64,000 nucleotides of DNA from Lentisphaeria bacterium. Lineage in GTDB: Bacteria > Verrucomicrobiota > Lentisphaeria > JABSQK01 > JAWLHB01. This document shows, one piece after another, positions 30,811 to 40,993 of this stretch (the first letter of the stretch is position 1; each line of letters opens with the position of its first letter). The stretch is from the NCBI GenBank assembly GCA_041690595.1, contig JAWLHB010000005.1:186001-250000 (forward strand), in the 5' to 3' direction. The notes under the pieces were generated by a model. It did no database searches. It saw only the letters and a program-made list of their open reading frames with translations, and was not told the DNA's origin. A program made the translations under genes and the position numbers.

Positions 30811-31911
30811 TTAGACGATGCTCAACTCTGTTTCGCCATCGTAGAAGTGCGCCTTCTCGATATAGATGGGCAGTTCGAGCTGCTCGCCGACGCTGGTGCG
30901 CACGTGCGATTCCGTCCGGGCAATGAAGCTGTGCTTGCCGGTATTGAGGTAGAGATAGGTCTCGGATCCCATCGGCTCGATCACTTCCACCGAGGCCTTG
31001 ATCTTGGCCGGATTGGTCAATTGACGGGCCTGCTGGCTGCCCACGTCTTCAGGCCGGATGCCGAACCAGATCGGCTTGTCGATGTGCGGCCCCAGCTTGT
31101 CCTTCCACATCTCCGGAACGACAACGGCAAAGCTCTCTTCCTTGAAGATCAAATTGCCGCCTTCGGACAACAGCATTCCCTTGAAGAAGTTCATGGGAGG
31201 TGTGCCGATGAAGCCCGCCACAAAGCGATTGACCGGCTTGTCGTACAGCTCGGTGGGAGGAGCTACCTGTTGAATGAGGCCGTCCTTCATGACGACGATA
31301 CGGTCGCCCATCGTCATCGCTTCCACCTGGTCATGCGTGACGTAGATCATCGTCGTTTCCAGCCGCGTGTGCAGCTTGCTGATCTCCACGCGCATCTGCA
31401 CACGCATCTTCGCGTCCAGGTTCGAGAGGGGCTCGTCAAAGAGAAAGGCTTCCGGCTTGCGCACAATGGCACGTCCCACGGCGACGCGCTGGCGCTGACC
31501 GCCCGAGAGGGCTTTCGGGCGCCGATCGAGCAGTTCGCTGATGCCGAGGATATCCCCGGCGTCGCGGACGCGCTTGTCGATCTCGCTCTTCTTGAACTTA
31601 CGAAGCTTCAGCCCGAAAGCCATGTTGTCGTAGACAGTCATGTGCGGATAAAGCGCGTAGTTCTGGAAAACCATGGCGATGTCGCGATCTTTAGGCGGCA
31701 CATCGTTGACGACCCGCTCCCCGATGCGCACGGTGCCCTTGGAGATTTCCTCCAGGCCCGCGATCATCCGCAAGGTTGTCGACTTGCCGCAACCGGACGG
31801 ACCGACGAGGACGATGAACTCGTGGTTGTTGATGTCCAGATTGAAATCTTCCACGGCCATGACGTTGCCCGGGTAGATCTTGTAGACTTTATCCAGCTTT
31901 ACCTCTGCCAT
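30811..31911 (-). CDS. Sugar ABC transporter ATP-binding protein (MsmX/UgpC/MalK family)
   Basis: GPSGCGKST, VFQNYALYPHM, LSGGQRQR, DEPLSNLD, C-terminal TOBE region. Confidence 0.95.
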   Translation of the reverse strand: MAEVKLDKVYKIYPGNVMAVEDFNLDINNHEFIVLVGPSGCGKSTTLRMIAGLEEISKGTVRIGERVVNDVPPKDRDIAMVFQNYALYPHMTVYDNMAFGLKLRKFKKSEIDKRVRDAGDILGISELLDRRPKALSGGQRQRVAVGRAIVRKPEAFLFDEPLSNLDAKMRVQMRVEISKLHTRLETTMIYVTHDQVEAMTMGDRIVVMKDGLIQQVAPPTELYDKPVNRFVAGFIGTPPMNFFKGMLLSEGGNLIFKEESFAVVVPEMWKDKLGPHIDKPIWFGIRPEDVGSQQARQLTNPAKIKASVEVIEPMGSETYLYLNTGKHSFIARTESHVRTSVGEQLELPIYIEKAHFYDGETELSIV

Positions 31912-32078
31912 GCGCTTTCCCTGCCTTTGTCGAGTGATCTTTAAGATGTGCCGGGCATGCCGAAACGCTGCAACGGCTTACCCCTCCCCCATTCCAGTCG
32001 CCGACAGCGATGGCCACCCATGCGCGGCGCCCTTTCTGCCGCCGGACGACAAACTCGTATTTATTCACTTTGAAGTCG

Positions 32079-32108
32079 ATAATATTCCGCCGGAGCACCA
32101 GTTGTCAA
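32079..32108 (-). promoter_or_regulatory. Sigma-70-type promoter for the sugar ABC ATPase
   Basis: TTGACA-N18-TATTAT on the minus strand. Confidence 0.55.
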
Positions 32109-32284
32109 GTTTTTTCAAGGTGGAGGCAGCGCTTTTGGCGGGAATCCCTGAAGGGTTCGCCGACTCTCGATTGGCGCTTTCCACGCAGTTTGCCTTTTCA
32201 GCGACAAGCATACATAGTAAGTAATATTTTGCGGCTCTTGCGATTAAGTGTTTGTACGTTATTTAATGAGGACATCCCCTTTCC

Positions 32285-33373
32285 ATGCCGAAGATTATGT
32301 TGTTTATCGATGGTACCTGGCTCTACTTCAGCAAGGCGCGCCTCGGTGATCCCAACGCTCCCGACGACTTTCATCTCGACTACGGCAAACTGCCGGATGT
32401 GCTCCGCCAGCAGGTGAGCGATCAGCTCGGTTCATCCACCGAAGTGGAGGTGGTTCGCACGCATCTCTTCGGCAGCTATGCCTGGAACTACGATCTTCGC
32501 GACGACGAAGCCGCCCAGCGGCAGCGCGACTTCTTCTCCATGCTCAAGGAGAAATACCATTACGAGGTAGAGGTTTTCCCCATCGACTTCCGCGGCCGAC
32601 GTCTGCGGCGAGCGGATCGCAAGCCCGAAGATCCCTTCGAGCCCAAGGAAAAATGCGTCGACATCGCACTTGCCACCTGCATCATGTACTATGCGGCCAT
32701 TCCCAACGTCTACGACATTGCCGTAACCGTCGTGGGCGATCAGGATTACGTGCCCGTTCTGCAGTCCGTACGGCGTCTCGGCAAGCGGGTCTGCATTGCC
32801 AGTATTCAGAATTGCTGCTGCCCGGAATTTTCGGATCCATATGACGAAGCGCGGGTGAAGGACTTCGACATCCTCTGGCTGGACGACCTTCTGGACAACC
32901 TGGAACTCTCTTTCAAGCGCCACAAGGAGTATTGCCAAAGCCCTCTGCACAAGGGCAACCGGATGGTGATGACGACCTATTATCCCAGCCGCGGCGAGAA
33001 GTTCTACTGCGACGAGTGCCGCCACCTCTTCTCCCAGCAGAAAGAGCAGGCCATGGCCGAAGTCATGGGGCTCCAAGACGGGACACAGGATGAGCAGGAT
33101 GAGGATGAGGACGATCTCATCATGCTGGAAAGCACCCGCACCGGGCAGTACCTGACTGGCTTCGTGAAGACCACCTTCGACGATCGCGGCTATGGCTTCA
33201 TCCATGGCGCCGACGGCAAGGATTACTTCTTTCATCTCACGGATCTTCGCGACCTCGAATTCGAAAGCGTGGTGGATGGACTGAAAGTCTTGTTCGAGAT
33301 CAAGCGGGAGCCGAGCCATGGGCGAGCCGGCGCCGCACAGAATGTACGTGCCCGTTCCGCGTCATCGTCCTGA
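32285..33373 (+). CDS. NYN (LabA/DUF88) nuclease domain + putative zinc ribbon + cold-shock domain protein
   Basis: FIDGTWLY, KEKCVDIAL, GDQDYVP (NYN); CQSPLH...FYCDEC; RGYGFI..DGKDYFFH (CSD). Confidence 0.85.
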   Translation: MPKIMLFIDGTWLYFSKARLGDPNAPDDFHLDYGKLPDVLRQQVSDQLGSSTEVEVVRTHLFGSYAWNYDLRDDEAAQRQRDFFSMLKEKYHYEVEVFPIDFRGRRLRRADRKPEDPFEPKEKCVDIALATCIMYYAAIPNVYDIAVTVVGDQDYVPVLQSVRRLGKRVCIASIQNCCCPEFSDPYDEARVKDFDILWLDDLLDNLELSFKRHKEYCQSPLHKGNRMVMTTYYPSRGEKFYCDECRHLFSQQKEQAMAEVMGLQDGTQDEQDEDEDDLIMLESTRTGQYLTGFVKTTFDDRGYGFIHGADGKDYFFHLTDLRDLEFESVVDGLKVLFEIKREPSHGRAGAAQNVRARSASSS

Positions 33374-33476
33374 GCGCTGATAGCGCCAAGGATGACAAGG
33401 GGAGCCCGCGGACCAGCCAGCAGAGCGTTGCGCTCGACGGCTGTTTATCAATTCCTGTGACGCCGAGGGTTCCGAG

Positions 33477-34634
33477 ATGGATGACAACGACGAAAGGGAT
33501 GCACTGCCGAATGCACTTCGGCACCAGGCAGAGGTGGCCCACCAGGCTCTGCACGAGCTGCTGCGGCAGGCCCTACGCCTCTATTCGGCCAATCCGTTGG
33601 AGCCCCTCTCCGGGGAGCTGAAGCTGGACTGGTCCTCGTCCATGTCCATGGAGGATCTGGCGCAGCAGGTCCTGCAGCGCGTCAAGCTATCCGAAGCGTC
33701 CCGTGCCGTCATTCAGCCGGGGCGGGTCTACTGCTACAATTGCGCTTCTTCGAGCTGCGAACATGCGCAGCCGCCCACGCCGGGTCAAGTCTTCGCCGGC
33801 TACGCCAATACTGGCCGGCCCCGTTGGGAAGAGCTGCACAACGAGCTTGTCAGTCTGGGCGACGATCGGGTGGCGCAGCTCTTCGACAGCCGCCCCCGCC
33901 TTCTTGCGAGCATACTCGGCCGCAAACGCATCATCGCCGAACAGACGGTCGCCTACGGCCGCAACAGCATGCTCTATCGAATCATCGCCCAGCTGGTCAG
34001 CGGCTATGTCATGCTCGACGGCATTCGCCACGCCTTCACCGTACAGATCGTCGAAACCGCCGATCGCTCTCTCCATGTGCAGACCCTGATGGACGACCGC
34101 CTGCGCGTCGGGCTGGCCGATGCCACGCCCGCCTCTCATGCCGCCTGCTACCGCATCAATGACGCCATCAGCAAGCTGCGCCGCGACGTACGCAACCTCG
34201 TCGGTGAATGGCAAAACAGCCGAACCCGCGCGCAGCGCAAACAACAGCAGGAGCTTCTTTTCGGCATGCTGCTGCATCTGACCAACTCGATCGAGCAGAA
34301 GGGGCGCCAGGCACGACGGCGCACCACCCATGCCGAGGAGCGATCACAGGACAAACGTCCCGTGCACAAGGCAGCGCAGGACGTGGTCGATGCACAGCCA
34401 CATGACTTCTATCGGGATACGGTCCGCGAATCCAATGTGGTGGTCGGCAAGAACGGCCGCTGCCATGTCTTCAGCGACAGGGGCAAGCACATTACTTCGC
34501 TGCTTCTTACCGGGGACAAGCTGGAACGCCGCAAGCGCACCAATCGCTATGTGCGGTTGGAGTCCTCCGCCGTCCAGGAACTCCGCCCCCTGATGCTCGA
34601 TCACGTCAACGATATCGAGGTCGACAGCACCTGA
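33477..34634 (+). CDS. Hypothetical protein with Cys/His cluster
   Basis: 385-aa ORF fitting between its neighbours; YCYNCASSSCEH. Confidence 0.65.
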   Translation: MDDNDERDALPNALRHQAEVAHQALHELLRQALRLYSANPLEPLSGELKLDWSSSMSMEDLAQQVLQRVKLSEASRAVIQPGRVYCYNCASSSCEHAQPPTPGQVFAGYANTGRPRWEELHNELVSLGDDRVAQLFDSRPRLLASILGRKRIIAEQTVAYGRNSMLYRIIAQLVSGYVMLDGIRHAFTVQIVETADRSLHVQTLMDDRLRVGLADATPASHAACYRINDAISKLRRDVRNLVGEWQNSRTRAQRKQQQELLFGMLLHLTNSIEQKGRQARRRTTHAEERSQDKRPVHKAAQDVVDAQPHDFYRDTVRESNVVVGKNGRCHVFSDRGKHITSLLLTGDKLERRKRTNRYVRLESSAVQELRPLMLDHVNDIEVDST

Positions 34635-34747
34635 ACCGGAAACGGTAACGTTGCAACGATTGGCGAACTGCCCCTATGGTAGCAGCATGGGCGCAATGCG
34701 TGCGCGTCCCCCCTCAATCTTGTATCAGAACCAGCAGGAGCATAACC

Positions 34748-35173
34748 ATGGCACTACGCAAAGCCAGCGCCACGTGGCGCGGCAATCTCAAAGACGGCAA
34801 CGGCACGATCAGCACCAACAGCGGCGGCATACAGGGAGCCTACTCCTTCAGCTCACGCTTTGAAGAAGGCGGCGGCACCAACCCGGAGGAGCTTATCGCG
34901 GCGGCGCATGCCGGCTGCTACTCCATGGCTCTGGCACATATGCTCAGCGAAGAAGGCTTCGAGCCCACCCGCGTCAAGACCGAAGCAAGCGTCAAGCTGG
35001 AGAAGAAGGGCGATGGCTTCGAGATCACCCATATCCAACTCGACACGGAGGCAGAGATCGATGACATCGAAGAGGATGATTTCCAGAAATTCGCCAAGAA
35101 GGCGAGCAAGGAATGCCCGGTCTCCAAGGCTTTGAAAGCAGTCTCCATTGACTTGACCGCGAAGCTGCTCTGA
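34748..35173 (+). CDS. osmC: OsmC family peroxiredoxin
   Basis: GTNPEELIAAAHAGCYSMAL, CPVSKAL; AGGAG RBS. Confidence 0.95.
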   Translation: MALRKASATWRGNLKDGNGTISTNSGGIQGAYSFSSRFEEGGGTNPEELIAAAHAGCYSMALAHMLSEEGFEPTRVKTEASVKLEKKGDGFEITHIQLDTEAEIDDIEEDDFQKFAKKASKECPVSKALKAVSIDLTAKLL

Positions 35174-35184
35174 CCCAGTATCGT

Positions 35185-35224
35185 GCCTCCCCGGGAAAAC
35201 GTCCAGTTACCCGCCCGGGGAGGC
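35185..35224. terminator. Inverted repeat downstream of osmC
   Basis: 11-bp perfect arms GCCTCCCCGGG / CCCGGGGAGGC with an 18-nt loop; no U tract. Confidence 0.4.
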
Positions 35225-35324
35225 GATGCCCTGCTGACTCTCCTCGGGCAGCTTGACAGCAACGGTTTGCGATGTACAAGCTGTGGCGAAGGCGAGCGAT
35301 ACTTGAGCACCGGAGGATAACGAC

Positions 35325-36326
35325 ATGCTGCATGTGCACTGCGGGGATTGTTCCGCGGATGTTCAACGTCAAAGCGATTTGCCGGGCGACATCATCGTCT
35401 GGTGTGATCCCGTGAGCGCGGGACCTGCCCCCCGGGGCCTCAGCCTGGAGCAGTGGCGGGAGCTGCGCGCAGAGTATCTGGTGGAGTCCACCGGCCATGC
35501 CATGACCCGAGAAGCGTGCATCGCCTGGCAGGCACGGCAGGACGCGGCGCTCGAACGTTTGGTCGATCACGAGGAGGTCGTCTTCTGGTTCGATGGATGC
35601 ATGTACGATCAGACGATTCTCATTCGTCATCTTGACTGGCTTTCGCGGCGAGAGCGCGGCGTGACGACGTTGAGCCTGATCGACATCGGCGAGTTCCCGG
35701 GAAAGCCCGATTTCGTCGGGCTGGGAGAGTTGAACGCGCAGGAGCTGGCCAGCCTCTTTCCGAAGCGCGTCCCCATCGACGAGGAGTGCCTCAGTCTGGG
35801 ACGCGACGCGTGGGAGGCATACGGCAGCCCCGACCCGAGGGAGATCGAAAGCCTTCTTGCCAGTCACGACATCAGCCCGCTGCCCCACCTGCCGGATGCA
35901 TTGTGGCGCCATCTGCAGCAGTTTCCCGCGCTGGCCAACGGCCTGAACAGGCTTGAAAGTGAGGCCTTGCAGGCCATTCGCGACGGCCACCGGCGCCTGC
36001 GTGAGATCTTCCGGTATGCCTCTCAACAGGAAGAACGCCCCTTCTTCGGTGACACGACCCTGTGGTGGACTCTGCATCAGCTGGCAGACTGCGCGATCCC
36101 TCTGGTGTCGATTGACGACGGCCAGCCGCTTCCCCTGTGGCAACCGCCGGCTCAAACAGCCGATCGCACCGTCACGCTCACCGAAACCGGAGTGGCAGTC
36201 CTGGAAAAGCAGGCCGACTTCGTCGTCTTGAACGGCATCGATCGGTGGATTGGCGGCGTCCATCTGCGGGGACAGAGCATTCCCTGGCGTTTCGACAATG
36301 CCCACTCCCGTCTCGAACATCTCTGA
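35325..36326 (+). CDS. DUF1835-family protein
   Basis: MLHVHCGD, EVVFWF...YDQ, F.GLGEL, PFFGDT, GIDRWIGGVHL. Confidence 0.7.
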   Translation: MLHVHCGDCSADVQRQSDLPGDIIVWCDPVSAGPAPRGLSLEQWRELRAEYLVESTGHAMTREACIAWQARQDAALERLVDHEEVVFWFDGCMYDQTILIRHLDWLSRRERGVTTLSLIDIGEFPGKPDFVGLGELNAQELASLFPKRVPIDEECLSLGRDAWEAYGSPDPREIESLLASHDISPLPHLPDALWRHLQQFPALANGLNRLESEALQAIRDGHRRLREIFRYASQQEERPFFGDTTLWWTLHQLADCAIPLVSIDDGQPLPLWQPPAQTADRTVTLTETGVAVLEKQADFVVLNGIDRWIGGVHLRGQSIPWRFDNAHSRLEHL

Positions 36327-36429
36327 TGCGACCTTTGGCGCTCCTCGGAAGTCCGTGCTACACTAATGAACCGAGACGTCTGCAGAGGTCGCCAGTCAAT
36401 ATTACATATGTCATGGGAGACGGAACCGC

Positions 36430-37464
36430 ATGAAGAGCATGATGCTTACCGGCATTCGCCAGATGGAGATGGCGGAGCGCCGCGAACCGGCAATTTCCAG
36501 GCCCGATGATGTCATGCTGGTTATAGATACCGTCGGGGTCTGCGGCTCCGATATCCACTATTACGCGACTGGGCGCATCGGCAGCCAGGTGGTGCACTTT
36601 CCCTTTCCAGTGGGGCATGAGTGCAGTGCACGGGTTCTGGAGGTTGGCCCCGCGGTCAGAGAGCTGAAGCCGGGCGATCGCGTGGCCGTGGACCCGGCCA
36701 TAAGCTGCGGCGAGTGCGACCAATGCCGTGCCAACCGCCGGCATACCTGCCGCAACCTCCTCTTCATGGGCTGCCCCGGGCAGATCGACGGCTGCCTATG
36801 CGAGCGTTACGTCATGCCCGCCGAATCGCTCTACCGGATCCCGGACGCGATGAGCATGGAGCAGGCAGCGCTGGTGGAGCCACTGAGCATCGGACTCTAT
36901 GCCGTCAAGCTCTCGATCCCCATGCGCGGCGCCAGAATCGGCATTCTCGGAGCCGGTCCCATCGGCTTGTCGGTGATGACCGCGGCCCGTTATCTCGGCG
37001 CGGACACCGTCTACCTGACGGAGCCGGTGGCCAGTCGCCGGGAGCTTGCCGCGGAACACGGGGCCGATCTTGCGCTCGATCCGAGCGAGGGAAATGACCC
37101 CATCCTCGCGCGAGAGCCCGGACTATTGGATGTCGTTTTCGAGTGCAGCGGGGAACAGGCCGCCGTCGACCAGGGGCTGGCCCTGCTCAAGCCTGGCGGC
37201 AAGTTCATGATCATCGGCATCCCCGAGGTCGATCGCATCAGCTTTGAAGCCGATACCATGCGACGACGCGAGATATGCGTTCAGAACGTGCGACGACAGA
37301 ATGAGTGCATGCAGGGCGCCATCGACATGGTCATGCATCCCGATGTCGACGTCGACTTCATGATCACGCACCGCATGACGCTCAACGAGAGCAAGGCCGC
37401 TTTCGACATGGTCGACCAGAAGGCCGACGGCGTCGTCAAGGTCATGCTTCGCATCGACGGCTGA
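36430..37464 (+). CDS. Zinc-dependent sugar-alcohol dehydrogenase (sorbitol/L-iditol DH-like)
   Basis: GVCGSDIHY, GHE, CGECDQC, GAGPIG. Confidence 0.9.
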   Translation: MKSMMLTGIRQMEMAERREPAISRPDDVMLVIDTVGVCGSDIHYYATGRIGSQVVHFPFPVGHECSARVLEVGPAVRELKPGDRVAVDPAISCGECDQCRANRRHTCRNLLFMGCPGQIDGCLCERYVMPAESLYRIPDAMSMEQAALVEPLSIGLYAVKLSIPMRGARIGILGAGPIGLSVMTAARYLGADTVYLTEPVASRRELAAEHGADLALDPSEGNDPILAREPGLLDVVFECSGEQAAVDQGLALLKPGGKFMIIGIPEVDRISFEADTMRRREICVQNVRRQNECMQGAIDMVMHPDVDVDFMITHRMTLNESKAAFDMVDQKADGVVKVMLRIDG

Positions 37465-37481
37465 GTCCGGGCGTCAGGCCA

Positions 37482-40400
37482 TCACAGGTCGATGATCTGA
37501 GAGCTGCCCGCTTGCAGCACGATGGGCTGGGGCGGGAGTGTCACGCCGGCCAGTGGCGGGAAGGCGGGATTCACCTTCAGGCCAACCTCGAGCGCACCAT
37601 TGGTTGGATTGTGAAGCTCCAGCCGCCACGCCTCTTCCCCAACTTGGGTCAACAGCAGAAAAACATCGGGTTGACTGGCGGTGACGGGCTGACCGATGAA
37701 GAGATCGCTGCCCTCGCCGACGACCACGGTCGCCCATGCTTTCCTCTCGAAGGTGGCCAACGGTCGAGCCTTGCCCACGGTGCCATCGTACAGGAAGGAA
37801 CTCCAGCGGTCATTGAGACCCTGCACCAGGATCGGCAGGCTGGAGACCAGCTTGCCGGACAGCCGTCCCACCATCGCGCCGCTCTCGCTGCCGTCCACGA
37901 TCAGCGGATACATGCGACTGATCGCTCTGCCGCTCCGCAGGTCGGCACGATAGCGCGGCTGATCGACCCCGATGCCGAAGTCGAGTCGGAAGTTTTCGAA
38001 TGTTTCGGTGCTGGCGGCGCTGATATTTGCGGTGACGGGGGTCAACCGCGGCACACCCACCAGCAGGAGATCGATGCGGGCCGTCTCTCCTGCCCGGCGC
38101 GGGATCTTGTCTTCATCCAGCCAGAAGACGATATTGCCATGTCCCGGCAGGCTCATTTCGGCGCTCACTCCTTCGGTCAACGGAAAGACAGCGCCGCTGC
38201 CGAGGCTTGAATCGAGCAGGGCCGCGTACCCGCCCACCCCCAACGGCACGCGTAGTGAACGCCGCTGCGACAGCATGTTCTCCGCCTCGTGAAGCCCTGC
38301 ACGCAACCCCCCATCGGCTCCACGTATTGCCCACAGGCGATCGTCCCCGGCGCGTATGAAGCCGACCTGGCAGGAGGACGCATCCAAGTCGCGCTTCGCC
38401 GTCAGCTCCAGTTGCCACAGAAAGACCGCCACCGGGCTGTCCGGGTCGATCTGAAAGAAATGGTTGCGCTTGATGACGGTGAAATCGTCTGCTTCCGTCA
38501 CCTTCCAGAGGGTGTGCCAGACATTGGCGACTCGTATGTCATCCTCAAAACGCCAACGGAACTCGCCCTGACCGATATTGGCGTCGCGGCTGTGCATCAG
38601 CCGGAAGGCCTGAAGGCCGCCCGGCGAGGAGACCAAGCCATCGCCAATCTTCAGTTGCGGATTCATGAAAACCATCGGTTCGGTGAAGGCACCGCCATCG
38701 AAGGCAGGCGCTCCCAGGCGAGGGTCGTTCTTGAAGGTGCCCGATGGGGAGATCGCCATTCCCGCAATGCGCTTGTTGGGGGTAGCCAGCGGCTGATTTC
38801 CGCCCAGCATGAGGAAAGTCCCGTCCGAGCGCGGTACAAAGCCGTAGCTGAGTTGGTTGTTGCGATCGCTGCACATGAACTCTTCGATGCGATGGTTGCG
38901 GTCCCATTGATCGCCGGATATGGCCCGCCGATTGTTCACGTCCGTCGCGATCAGGACCAGGTTGTGCTGTTCGTCATGGCTCATATCCAGCGTGAAGGTG
39001 AAGCTCTTTTCGCCACCACAGAGAAAGCGCCGGAAGAGATGAGGACCGTCGTAGACCGCGACTTCATGCAGCCCCACCTCTGACGCCACCGTGCCGCGAA
39101 CCAACCAGCGATAGTTCTGCCAGACAAAGTCGCCCCGATTGTTGCCCTCGTAGTCACGCGTCCCCACGAAGCTCCAGTCGACAATGTCCGGCCCTTCGGT
39201 GATGTGAATGCGCACCGGATTGGCAGGATAGAACTGGCGTTGATTGAAGTAGGCAGGGACTGGCGACTCAGCCGCATCCGGCGCCGCCGGTGGCAGCCGC
39301 AAGACCGTCTGCCAGCGCAGATCGGCCAACTGCGCCGGGTCATCCATGAGTTCGATCGCCAGGGGGAGCGGCCCCTGACCGGAGTCGACCATGTCGAGAT
39401 AGCCGGAAGTGATATCTTCGAGCAGCTCCCCGTTTTGCCGGGTGATGACGCCGACTGCGGTATAGTTGGAGAACCAGTCATCGACGGGGGCGGCGTCCTG
39501 GCGGAAGAGGTAATTGCCCGGGGTGAAGGCATGGTTATAACTGAGAACATAGTGGAGGATGGTCATGGACAACTGCCCGCGCGGCTCACGCGGGTCGGCC
39601 GGATTCAAGCCTGGATCATACGAGACAAAGCGTTTCCCATCCTCCGAGAGCATTTTCTCCGGTGGATAGAGGAAGTTGGTGCCGCAGAAGAAGTAGTGGT
39701 TACCGATCTCATCCATGGCGGTGATACCGGGGATGGCGGCAAAGTCGGCGGAGCTGGCGGCCGCGCAGGCCTGCTTGAGCGCCTCGAACTCGGCCGGCGA
39801 GATTTCGGTCATCTCCTCCAGGAAGATCAGGTAGTCGAGTCCCTGTTCCTTGGCGGCCTGAACCCACTGCTCCACGCTTCCAGAACCTGACGATGCCGCC
39901 GTACGCGCGCCGATGGCCCCACGTAATGCGGGAAAGGGCCGCGGCTCCGGAATCGGCTTCGACCAATCGGTGGGTCCGACCCACTTCACCTTATAGGGAT
40001 CCTCCAGAAGCTGTGCCTGCATGGTGGCTCCCCCCAAGGTCTCTTCCTTCAGCGCCGGTTCCGCCAGCCAGCGCAGCGCATCGCGTACCAGCAGATAACC
40101 ATCGCTCTTGACCCCCTTCAGTCCGCGCTTCCGCACAATCTCCTCCAGCGTGGTGCCCGCCACATCCTCGATCAGGTACTCCGGTGTGATACTCAGGACA
40201 ACCACCCGCCCCTTGCCCCATTCTCGATAGGCAACAAGCGGCACGGAAGCATCGAAACGCCCCTCGCTGAACGAACCGAAATCATGACGATCCAGCGGTA
40301 CGGTGCGCGAGTAGCTGCTGGCTGAGCCCTTCACGGCAAGCTTCCACGCCTCATCCTGGATGCCGAAGAGGCACGTATGCACCTGGTGGCCGGCGCGCGT

Positions 40401-40946
40401 GCTCGACGGATACCAGAGGGAGGTGACGTTACCGGTGAAAGGTGACGGCTGGATCTGGTTCGTATGCGCGAATGGAATCCGCCAGGCGGTGGCGGCAACC
40501 TCCGTTCCCGGATCCATCACCTGCTCGTCAAAAAGGATCTCCAGGCCGAGCGGCCCGGCAAAAGCCCGCTGAGCCGCGAAACCTTCCGGATCCTGGCACC
40601 ACGTCGGCACAAAGAGGATACCCCCGCCTTCCCGCAAAAAACGATGCAGGAGTTCCACGTTGTTGCGGTTCTGTGGCGTCAGGCTCTGGTCCGCCAGCGA
40701 TAGCCCCATTCCCATGAGCACGATCGTATGATACTGACGCAGCTCATCCCATGTCAGTTCCGCCCCCATCAGCCCCCTGCTCACGGTGCGCGTGTTAACG
40801 GCAAATCCATCGGCATGCAGGGCCTTGGCCATTTCGTATCCGCAGCGATGATGACGGTGACCCGTGAAGAGCACGCCGGTCTCGCCGGCTTGTGCCTGGT
40901 CCGAAAGAAGAAACAACATGAGCAGCGAACAGAGAAGTGCTTTCAT
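37482..40946 (-). CDS. Large secreted protein of unknown function (paralog 2)
   Basis: Signal peptide ending AQA-G; same domain order as paralogs 1 and 3. Confidence 0.8.
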   Translation of the reverse strand: MKALLCSLLMLFLLSDQAQAGETGVLFTGHRHHRCGYEMAKALHADGFAVNTRTVSRGLMGAELTWDELRQYHTIVLMGMGLSLADQSLTPQNRNNVELLHRFLREGGGILFVPTWCQDPEGFAAQRAFAGPLGLEILFDEQVMDPGTEVAATAWRIPFAHTNQIQPSPFTGNVTSLWYPSSTRAGHQVHTCLFGIQDEAWKLAVKGSASSYSRTVPLDRHDFGSFSEGRFDASVPLVAYREWGKGRVVVLSITPEYLIEDVAGTTLEEIVRKRGLKGVKSDGYLLVRDALRWLAEPALKEETLGGATMQAQLLEDPYKVKWVGPTDWSKPIPEPRPFPALRGAIGARTAASSGSGSVEQWVQAAKEQGLDYLIFLEEMTEISPAEFEALKQACAAASSADFAAIPGITAMDEIGNHYFFCGTNFLYPPEKMLSEDGKRFVSYDPGLNPADPREPRGQLSMTILHYVLSYNHAFTPGNYLFRQDAAPVDDWFSNYTAVGVITRQNGELLEDITSGYLDMVDSGQGPLPLAIELMDDPAQLADLRWQTVLRLPPAAPDAAESPVPAYFNQRQFYPANPVRIHITEGPDIVDWSFVGTRDYEGNNRGDFVWQNYRWLVRGTVASEVGLHEVAVYDGPHLFRRFLCGGEKSFTFTLDMSHDEQHNLVLIATDVNNRRAISGDQWDRNHRIEEFMCSDRNNQLSYGFVPRSDGTFLMLGGNQPLATPNKRIAGMAISPSGTFKNDPRLGAPAFDGGAFTEPMVFMNPQLKIGDGLVSSPGGLQAFRLMHSRDANIGQGEFRWRFEDDIRVANVWHTLWKVTEADDFTVIKRNHFFQIDPDSPVAVFLWQLELTAKRDLDASSCQVGFIRAGDDRLWAIRGADGGLRAGLHEAENMLSQRRSLRVPLGVGGYAALLDSSLGSGAVFPLTEGVSAEMSLPGHGNIVFWLDEDKIPRRAGETARIDLLLVGVPRLTPVTANISAASTETFENFRLDFGIGVDQPRYRADLRSGRAISRMYPLIVDGSESGAMVGRLSGKLVSSLPILVQGLNDRWSSFLYDGTVGKARPLATFERKAWATVVVGEGSDLFIGQPVTASQPDVFLLLTQVGEEAWRLELHNPTNGALEVGLKVNPAFPPLAGVTLPPQPIVLQAGSSQIIDL

Positions 40947-40993
40947 GGGCAGGCAACGATTCCTCGATTCAGTTATTCGGTTACTGGTACAGC

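Noticed and set aside
31912..32078. Long putative 5' leader of the sugar ABC ATPase (and the ~190-nt leader of the porin gene at 4248-4436) as riboswitches
   Set aside because: I recognised no riboswitch consensus or terminator; an Rfam/Infernal scan would settle it
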